DNA of 64,000 nucleotides from Candidatus Pacearchaeota archaeon (GTDB lineage: Archaea; Nanobdellota; Nanobdellia; Pacearchaeales; GW2011-AR1). Within the stretch, counting starts at the first letter, position 1, and each line of letters opens with the position of its first letter. This document shows positions 57,368-64,000 of the stretch, in pieces. Where the stretch lies: positions 33,876 to 97,875 of the forward strand of contig JAWCQN010000001.1 in assembly GCA_038869755.1 (NCBI GenBank). The letters run 5' to 3'. The notes under the pieces are model-generated. The model did not search any database and was not told the DNA's origin. It saw only the letters and a list, made by a program, of their open reading frames with translations. The translations under genes and the position numbers were made by a program.

Positions 57368-58000
57368 ATTTTGTTTTATTTTGGTATTTTTACCTTTTGT
57401 AATTTTCCGGTTTTTTGAATCAATTTTTGTCCTTTCTTTTTTCTTTTGTCCTAATATTTCCTGATATGATTTAAGCTCTTCTTCTGCAGCTTTTCTTCTT
57501 GGCATGCCTAAGTGTTCATCATTATATACTGGCAGAACCTGTATAATTCCCTCACCAATTATTTCAGATGTCGAGATGCTGACTTTTGAACATTTAAACT
57601 TCAACTTTATTTTTTTTGCCACTTTATTGGCTAAAGAGAATGCCTGACTTGGAATATCATTTTCTTTTACAGGCCTTTTAGGTATTATTATTGTATGCCC
57701 CTTTGTTATGGGGTTTATTTCCAAAACCGCTAATGCTTTTGAATTTTCGGCTATTTTATATGCAGGTATTTTACCTTCTATTATAAGCCTGAAAGGAGAT
57801 TCTTGTCCTTTGAAATGGCTTTTTTCATTTCCCTCATTTTGTATGGATATAAGCTTGTTTTTTACAAGAAATTCCTCAAATTGCTCATCACTCATTTCCT
57901 CTATTTGTGTTTTCATAGAAGACTTTTGCGGTTCTGGAAAACTTTCTATCTGTTTTATCAGTTGTTCTTTAACACTTGCCAATTGCTCTTTTGATAACAT
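57320..58000 (-). CDS. HIT-like fold protein lacking a canonical His triad, with a Lys-rich C-terminal tail
   Basis: FRLIIEGKIPAYKIAENSKALAVLEINPITKGHTIIIPKRPV resembles a HIT-domain core. No HxHxH motif. Confidence 0.35.
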   Translation of the reverse strand: MLSKEQLASVKEQLIKQIESFPEPQKSSMKTQIEEMSDEQFEEFLVKNKLISIQNEGNEKSHFKGQESPFRLIIEGKIPAYKIAENSKALAVLEINPITKGHTIIIPKRPVKENDIPSQAFSLANKVAKKIKLKFKCSKVSISTSEIIGEGIIQVLPVYNDEHLGMPRRKAAEEELKSYQEILGQKKKERTKIDSKNRKITKGKNTKIKQNSKKEIKLPKAPIRIP

Positions 58001-58107
58001 ATAAATTTAAGTTATTTCAGCTTTATAATCCTATAGCTATCTGTATTTCAGAACTAAATTTATAAAATCATAGAAAATATTAAATATATCTGTCGTTATG
58101 GTTAATA

Positions 58108-58671
58108 ATGATAAGAGGCACTGATGATAAAACTATTCTCGATGAATTTGCCGAAAAATTTGCCCAAATAGTTGAAAAACATTGCAGGTATATAGTAGTT
58201 TCTGGCTTTGTTGCTATTGCCCATGGCAGAAGTAGAGCAACTGAAGATATTGATATGATAATAGAAAAAATATCTAAAGATAAATTTATAGAATTACATA
58301 ACGATTTGGTAAAAAACGGATTTGAGTGCATGCAATCAGAAGACCCAAATATTATTTATGATAATTATCTGTTACATAAAACAAGTGTAAGATATACTAA
58401 AAAAGGAGAGTTTATTCCAGAGATGGAAATAAAATTTACTAAAGACCATTTAGACGAATTGCAGATTAAATCAAGAAAGAAGCTTCCATTGACTGGAATC
58501 GACATCTATTTTTCCTCAATTGAATCAAATATCGCATTTAAAGAAGAGTATTTAAGGTCAAAAAAAGATTTGGAAGATGCTATGCATTTAAGAATCATTT
58601 ATAAAGATAGCATTAATGAAAACGAAATAAATGAAATAAAGAAAGAGATAAAAAGGTTTAGAAGAAAATGA
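58108..58671 (+). CDS. Nucleotidyltransferase-fold (MNT-like) protein
   Basis: VVSGFVAIAHGRSRATEDIDMII is the GS...(D/E)xD minimal nucleotidyltransferase signature. Confidence 0.55.
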   Translation: MIRGTDDKTILDEFAEKFAQIVEKHCRYIVVSGFVAIAHGRSRATEDIDMIIEKISKDKFIELHNDLVKNGFECMQSEDPNIIYDNYLLHKTSVRYTKKGEFIPEMEIKFTKDHLDELQIKSRKKLPLTGIDIYFSSIESNIAFKEEYLRSKKDLEDAMHLRIIYKDSINENEINEIKKEIKRFRRK

Positions 58672-58865
58672 GCAATAAAGTAAGAGAGGAACATAAAGAG
58701 CAAATAATCAGGTGGGCTAATTTTGTCAGGGAAAATCCAGAAGAGTGGAAAAAACATCTGAAGCCTTTTTTAGACGCCCAGATTATAATTGCACAGAGAT
58801 TTTATAAAAACCTCTCCAAAAGTGAAGAAGGTAGGGAGAAAATTAAACTACTTAAGGCAATTTAG
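58668..58865 (+). CDS. Small hypothetical protein, translationally coupled to the NTase
   Basis: 65-aa ORF overlapping the upstream stop (ATGA). Confidence 0.3.
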   Translation: MSNKVREEHKEQIIRWANFVRENPEEWKKHLKPFLDAQIIIAQRFYKNLSKSEEGREKIKLLKAI

Positions 58866-58967
58866 TTTTTGTTTAATGTTTACTTAATTGTTATTGCTAA
58901 CATAAGATTTAAATATTATTTTTTCTTTTGTGTTGTTAGGTTTATACTAAAAAACTAAAGAGGTTGA

Positions 58968-59222
58968 ATGAACAGAACTATAGGTTATTTGATAAGTGTT
59001 GCAGGGCTCGTGGTTTTGGTGTTGGGAATTGCCCCTTTTAACGAGGAGCTTGTTTCTTACTTTCCTGTTTTGTCAGGAATACCTTATTATCTTTTTTTTG
59101 GTTCGGGCCTTATAATTGTTATTGTCGGAATTCTTTTTCTGAGAAAGTCATCAGGAAGGCAGCCTGCAGAAGTTCCTATATATCACGGGAAGAATATTGT
59201 TGGATATAGAAGAATGAAGTAA
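58968..59222 (+). CDS. Small membrane protein (2 TM)
   Basis: Hydrophobic 84-aa ORF. Confidence 0.35.
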   Translation: MNRTIGYLISVAGLVVLVLGIAPFNEELVSYFPVLSGIPYYLFFGSGLIIVIVGILFLRKSSGRQPAEVPIYHGKNIVGYRRMK

Positions 59223-59260
59223 GGATTTAAAGTATTATGATAAATTTAATATCAACAAAT

Positions 59261-60091
59261 TTATGTTTCATATCTTGCTCCCAAACGTCTTAATCTTTTT
59301 CTTATTCTTTCTATTGTCCTTTTTTGTTCAGGAGAGGGAGATGGGCCAGCATTTACCATTATCCTATGAAGGTCTGCCTGTAAATTTGCTATTTCATTTT
59401 CTATAGAAACTCTTTCAAATTCTTTTATATTCATGCCACTAAAATAAGCATGTATTCTTCTATCAAATAGTAACATGCCCCCTATTAGAATTATTATCCA
59501 TAGATATATTTGGTTTCCAATAGGGTTTATTTGATCTGCTTTGTATATCCATAGTATTATAAATATTATTCCAAAAAATATCCATGCAACCTTTCTTCCA
59601 ATACCTGGAAGACCTATTACATGGACACCATATGCAAAAATTAAGAAAGGAACTATCGTGGTAATAGCTATACCTAAAGTCGTATATGGAAGCAATAATC
59701 CCAGGATAAAATTATTTTCAGACATAAATCTTACTGATAATACAGAAACTATTAGTGCAACTAACATAGCTATATTTCTAAATCCTTCAAAAAATGGAAC
59801 TCTATCCAAAATAACAAAAATTATAATGAATAATAATATTAAGAATAAAGCTTTAATGAAAAAATATTCTCCGTTAGAATAATCTCCAATAATCACTTCA
59901 AATATTGGGGTAAAAAATCCTACCGCCTGATCTATTAACTGCTGCATTCCTATCTTTAAATCAATTTGATTAATCAAAGAGCTTTGCGCAGATACTGATT
60001 TTAATGAAAAAAATATTAAGGATAAAGATGTTGTGAGAATTATAAATGAAGTATTGTTTAACCAATTATCTTTTCCAATTTTTTTATTCAT
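59261..60091 (-). CDS. Membrane protein, paralog family A (signal peptide, polytopic, basic C-terminal helix)
   Basis: Clear similarity to 60190-61056 (VLDRVPFFEGFRNIAMLVALIVSVLSVRF vs VLDNVDFFNGRIWLQIGVGSIISILGIRF). Confidence 0.5.
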   Translation of the reverse strand: MNKKIGKDNWLNNTSFIILTTSLSLIFFSLKSVSAQSSLINQIDLKIGMQQLIDQAVGFFTPIFEVIIGDYSNGEYFFIKALFLILLFIIIFVILDRVPFFEGFRNIAMLVALIVSVLSVRFMSENNFILGLLLPYTTLGIAITTIVPFLIFAYGVHVIGLPGIGRKVAWIFFGIIFIILWIYKADQINPIGNQIYLWIIILIGGMLLFDRRIHAYFSGMNIKEFERVSIENEIANLQADLHRIMVNAGPSPSPEQKRTIERIRKRLRRLGARYET

Positions 60092-60189
60092 GCTATTTTT
60101 AAGGTTATTTAGTTTAAAAATATTAACTTAGTTGAATATATATTGAAATTTAGTCTCGAAATATTTATAAAGAAACTTTTCATTCATAT

Positions 60190-61056
60190 GTGATGAGTAA
60201 AAAGAGAAAGTTAAGGAATAAATTTTATTTTTATTCTATTTTATTAATTATTTCTTTATTGTTCTTTCTTTCATTTATAAATGCCCAAAGTGATAATCCA
60301 AAAGCTACTGAAATAACAAGCGGAGCTAATTCACCTAAAGGATTTGTGGATAGTATTGTTTTGTTTGTAAACCAGGTTATTAATTTATTTACTCAAGTAG
60401 GCAACCCACTTTTTTCCACTTTATTAGGAAATGTAGGTGCTGGCGGCGATTTATTCACTAAGGTGTTAATATTTTTTCTTGTTGTTATTGTTACTATTGC
60501 TGTTCTTGACAATGTTGATTTCTTTAACGGCAGAATTTGGCTTCAAATAGGTGTTGGGTCTATTATTTCTATTTTAGGAATAAGGTTTATCCCAAATGAT
60601 ATGATACAATCTATTATTCTTCCTTCAGGAGCTTATGTAGCCGCCCTTACAATGATTATTCCATTGGCATTATATTTTTATGTTATGGAAAAGTTTATTC
60701 CAAATTTTATTATAAGGAGAATTGGGTGGATTTTATTTGCAGTTGCAGCTGTTATTTTATGGGGATATAATTACAATAAACCTTTTTATTGGATATATCC
60801 AATCACTACTGTCATTTGTATTGTATTGTTTTTTATTGATGGAACATTAAATAATTGGATGTCCAGAGCAAAGGCAAAAAGAAGTTTGGAACATGCAAAT
60901 AGCGAAGAGATAGAGCTTCTTGAATCACGTATGAAAGCTACAAGGGAAGCAATAGGTAGAGCTCGTGATCCAGCTAAATTAGCGTTACTTCAGAAACAGT
61001 ATGCTGAACAGAAGAAGGCATTAAAGGCATTAACAAGTTCAAGATATACTCCTTAA
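60190..61056 (+). CDS. Membrane protein, paralog family A
   Basis: Divergently transcribed paralog of 59261-60091. Confidence 0.5.
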   Translation: MMSKKRKLRNKFYFYSILLIISLLFFLSFINAQSDNPKATEITSGANSPKGFVDSIVLFVNQVINLFTQVGNPLFSTLLGNVGAGGDLFTKVLIFFLVVIVTIAVLDNVDFFNGRIWLQIGVGSIISILGIRFIPNDMIQSIILPSGAYVAALTMIIPLALYFYVMEKFIPNFIIRRIGWILFAVAAVILWGYNYNKPFYWIYPITTVICIVLFFIDGTLNNWMSRAKAKRSLEHANSEEIELLESRMKATREAIGRARDPAKLALLQKQYAEQKKALKALTSSRYTP

Positions 61057-61087
61057 TTACCTTTAAAAATAAGTTATTCTTATTTTA

Positions 61088-61756
61088 TTGATGAAAAAAG
61101 AGTTAAATCTATTCTTTATTTTTTTGTTTTTGATTAATTTTTTTATTGTAAATGTTTATTCTTTAGAAATTCAAAGTCCTGAGCAAACTATAGGAATAAA
61201 TATAGATAATCTTCCAAGGAATGAAGATGAAGCAAAAGATGTTACTAAAGAGTATTTAAAGCAGGAATGGGATAGTATCTTAGAGAGGGGCCAATTTGGA
61301 AGATTTTTATTAGGAGTAAATAAAATATTTGTAGCTTTAAGTCCATTCTTTAAAAGTATTATTGGAGTTGAATATTCTTTGAGCTGGTATTTTTTCATAT
61401 CTTTATTTTTATGGGTTTTTATTTTTATAATAATTTTCCATACATTAAAAGACATTATTTTATTTAATATATGGGGGGTAATAGGTATTAGTTGTATTAT
61501 TCCAACCATTGCGGCTCAGGCTAATTTTTTTAAATTATCTGTTGACTTTTTATTAGATTTTATTGATAATGCTTGGCTGGTAATAACTTTTCTTTTATTA
61601 ATGCTTATAACAATTTATTTTTATGAGGCATTTATGAATTCTTTTGGTAAGATAATGAAGAAAAAGCTTAATAAAGATATTGAAAGAAGAAGAGAGCTTA
61701 AGGCAGCTACAGTTGAAAGATTACATGATATAGAACTTAAGTCAAGAGGGAGTTAG
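61088..61756 (+). CDS. Membrane protein, probable third member of paralog family A
   Basis: Signal peptide, polytopic core, basic/charged C-terminal helix of the same style. Confidence 0.4.
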   Translation: MMKKELNLFFIFLFLINFFIVNVYSLEIQSPEQTIGINIDNLPRNEDEAKDVTKEYLKQEWDSILERGQFGRFLLGVNKIFVALSPFFKSIIGVEYSLSWYFFISLFLWVFIFIIIFHTLKDIILFNIWGVIGISCIIPTIAAQANFFKLSVDFLLDFIDNAWLVITFLLLMLITIYFYEAFMNSFGKIMKKKLNKDIERRRELKAATVERLHDIELKSRGS

Positions 61757-61804
61757 CCAAAAGTCCGTTTTCATTTGAATTCATTTATTATGCAGAAAGA
61801 ATGT

Positions 61805-62077
61805 TCATCCAAAAGCCCTGCGGAAATCAATTATTTCTGCTGAGTTTACATGAGGAATTTTTGAAAGTTTTTCCTCTAATTTTTCTCTTTCAGCATCTTC
61901 TTCCCAGGAAAATGTAATTATCAGTGCTTTAATGCCAAAAGCTATTGGTTCATGTTCTACTTTGCCTATCTTTCCCCTTTCTGTTTTAATTATCTTTTCA
62001 GCTTTTTCTTCTATATCCAAGAGATTTGCATTAGGAGAATCCGGCATTATTTTTATTTTAACTGCTGCCTTCCCCAT
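61805..62077 (-). CDS. ef1b: Elongation factor 1-beta (aEF-1beta)
   Basis: 90 aa. KIKIMPDSP...EHEPIAFGIKALII...VNSAEII matches aEF1B. Confidence 0.8.
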   Translation of the reverse strand: MGKAAVKIKIMPDSPNANLLDIEEKAEKIIKTERGKIGKVEHEPIAFGIKALIITFSWEEDAEREKLEEKLSKIPHVNSAEIIDFRRAFG

Positions 62078-62242
62078 TTTTTATTGAGTAGATAATTGTT
62101 TTTAAACTTTTATGCTACCCTTAATTGTTTAACTTTTATCACTTGAAAGTTTATTTCAGGTTTTATTAGTGCTATTTTGGATATGACAATGCTTAAAAAT
62201 ACTGAATATTTTTAGGATTTGTAAATAGAAAGAGGACGAGAA

Positions 62243-63175
62243 ATGTTACAGAATTATCAACAGCTTATTGAGAAAATATCTAGGGCTTCTGGTTTGAGTG
62301 TTGAAGAAGTGGACAGGAAGGTTGAGGCGAAATGTGCCAAGCTTTCAGGGCTTATAAGTAAGGAAGGAAGCGCACAGATAGTCGCTTCTGAGCTTGGAAT
62401 TTCGTTTGAGAAGGAAAAGATGAAAATTTCTGAACTGGTTTCAGGAATGAAAAGAGTAAATATTATTGGAAAAGTCATAAGTGACCCACTAATTAGGGAA
62501 TTTAACAAAAATGGAAGAGGGGGCAAGGTGCTTTCCATGGACATTGCTGATGACACAGGAAATATAAGGGTTGTATTGTGGGATACAAATCATATCTCTT
62601 TATTTGAGAAAAATGAACTTAATAAGGATGATGTGATTGAGATTTCAAATTCCAGCGTCAGAAATGACGAATTGCATTTAGGAAGTTTTTCAGATATTAA
62701 AAAAAGTAAGGAAATTTTTAGTTCTATTATTATGGAGAAATCAGTCCCCGAGAGAAAAATATCCGAGTTAAAGGCCGGAATGAGGGCTAAGTTAAGGGCT
62801 TTTGTAGTCCAAATTTTTGAACCAAGGTTTTTTGAAGTATGTCCTGAATGCGGGAAAAAATCCATGAGTTCTGAATGTGCAACACATGGAACAATAATAC
62901 CTGAAAAAAGGGCTTTAATTGGAATTGTTTTAGATGACGGCTCTGAAACTATAAGAGGTGTTTTGTTTCAGGAGCAAATCTCCCAGATCGGGATTAGTAT
63001 TGAAGAGTTAAGTGATGCTGCTTTATTTATGAGAAAAAAAATGGATTTGCTTGGAAATGAATTTTATTTTATTTGCAATACAAGGAATAACAACCTTTTT
63101 AATACCATGGAGCTAATTATTCAAGAGGTGAAACCTTTGGATCTTGATGTTTTGATACATGATCTAAGAGCTTAG
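62243..63175 (+). CDS. rpa: Replication protein A (RPA/SSB) with OB fold and zinc ribbon
   Basis: Archaeal RPA N-terminus LIEKISRASGLSVEEV...EGSAQIVASELGI. OB fold (NIIGKVIS...RVVLWD). CPECGKK...C..HG zinc finger. Confidence 0.75.
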   Translation: MLQNYQQLIEKISRASGLSVEEVDRKVEAKCAKLSGLISKEGSAQIVASELGISFEKEKMKISELVSGMKRVNIIGKVISDPLIREFNKNGRGGKVLSMDIADDTGNIRVVLWDTNHISLFEKNELNKDDVIEISNSSVRNDELHLGSFSDIKKSKEIFSSIIMEKSVPERKISELKAGMRAKLRAFVVQIFEPRFFEVCPECGKKSMSSECATHGTIIPEKRALIGIVLDDGSETIRGVLFQEQISQIGISIEELSDAALFMRKKMDLLGNEFYFICNTRNNNLFNTMELIIQEVKPLDLDVLIHDLRA

Positions 63176-63178
63176 TGA

Positions 63179-63628
63179 ATGTTAGTAAGAACCCATTTTT
63201 CAATAAGTATTTTCGCAATGATTTTGTTTCTTCCTTTAGTTAATTCTCCTGTTATTTTTATTATAATGGTTTTATTAGGAACCTTTTTGCCAGATATAGC
63301 TGCTATTCTTGTTCAAGTGGAAAAAAGGCAAAACAAACTTATTCATTTTATAAGTATTCACCACAATTTTTTGCATAGCTTGACAATTTGTCTCTTGGTC
63401 TCAATTATTTTTTCTATTTTTATCCCTATTTTAGCATTTGGATTTTTTTTAGGTTATTCTTTACATTTGCTGGCAGATAGTTTTACAAAAACAGGGATAA
63501 CTCCTTTCTGGCCTTATCCAAGGAAAATTGAGGGTCCTTTGAATTATGGGAGTGTTGTTGAGAAATCTCTCTTTTTTACGTTTGTTATTTTAGATGTGTT
63601 GCTACTTTTTTTTACATTAACTAAATAA
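63179..63628 (+). CDS. DUF457-family membrane-bound metal-dependent hydrolase
   Basis: HSLT...LGYSLHLLADSFTKTGITPFWPY pattern. Confidence 0.55.
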   Translation: MLVRTHFSISIFAMILFLPLVNSPVIFIIMVLLGTFLPDIAAILVQVEKRQNKLIHFISIHHNFLHSLTICLLVSIIFSIFIPILAFGFFLGYSLHLLADSFTKTGITPFWPYPRKIEGPLNYGSVVEKSLFFTFVILDVLLLFFTLTK

Positions 63629-63697
63629 TTAATATTATTATGGTGTTGGTTTTTTTACTGAAATAATATTTATATACTCTTTTTGTGAAAATTAGGT

Positions 63698-64000
63698 ATG
63701 TCAAAAGATGAGGTAAAGAAAATTAAAGACGCGATTGACGAGCAACCAAGTTTAAAAGATTTACCAGGAATAGGTCCTGCAGCTATATCAAAATTAGAGG
63801 CTGCCGGGATTTATGATTTAATGGGAATTGCAACCCTTTCTCCCCCAGCATTATCTGAAATTTCAGGATTAGGGGAGAGTGTTGCAAGAAAAGCTATTCA
63901 GGCTGCGAGAAAAATGTTAAATTTGGGGTTTATAGATGCATCTGAGTATGCAAAGAAACGTGAAGATATCAACTTTATTACAACTGGTAGTAAAAATTTA
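63698..64000 (+). CDS. radA: DNA repair and recombination protein RadA, 5' portion (continues beyond the window)
   Basis: N-terminal HhH domain LKDLPGIGPAAISKLEAAGIYDLMGIA...ISGLGESVARKAIQAAR, then the start of the RecA core. Confidence 0.8.
   Translation, partial: MSKDEVKKIKDAIDEQPSLKDLPGIGPAAISKLEAAGIYDLMGIATLSPPALSEISGLGESVARKAIQAARKMLNLGFIDASEYAKKREDINFITTGSKNL

Overview
Very AT-rich (about 30% GC), gene-dense archaeal chromosome segment. Gene content and organisation look DPANN-like (Woese-/Pace-/Nanoarchaeota-type), but this assignment is an inference.

Core informational genes are recognisable by motif. Translation and transcription: an FKBP PPIase 3' end, 5S rRNA, two tRNA-Leu genes, RpoN, L21e-RpoF-DUF655, S13-S4-S11-RpoD-L18e-L13-S9, TyrRS and aEF-1beta. 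Replication: Orc1/Cdc6 followed by PolD small and large subunits, immediately downstream of an ORF-free AT-only region with 3 tandem 49-bp repeats, which I take as the likely oriC. Repair and recombination: a Hef helicase and ERCC4 nuclease encoded as separate genes, RPA, and the RadA 5' end.

Accessory content: a MacB/FtsX-type ABC transporter with two tandem permease paralogs that share a 186-bp identical tract. A type IV pilus-like locus with a FlaI/TadA ATPase, a FlaJ/TadC platform protein, a 51-aa pilin missed by the ORF track, about 8 pilin-like proteins and an A24 prepilin peptidase. Several families of paralogous membrane proteins.

The most unusual region is about 11.7-22.0 kb. It contains a XerA-like tyrosine recombinase, an Lrp regulator and many orphan ORFs. 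It has a 2.1-kb ORF-free stretch, which is abnormal for such a compact genome. It also has a convergent pair of paralogous coiled-coil + winged-helix proteins carrying in-frame short tandem repeats, flanked by iteron-like palindromes (GTTTAAACAGCTGTTTAAAC) and separated by a 340-bp polypurine, C-depleted spacer. A PRC-barrel protein and a small wHTH protein follow, directly abutting the putative origin. I interpret this as a candidate undescribed origin-proximal replication/partition-like or integrated-element module.

All calls rest on motif recognition by eye. No database searches were run.
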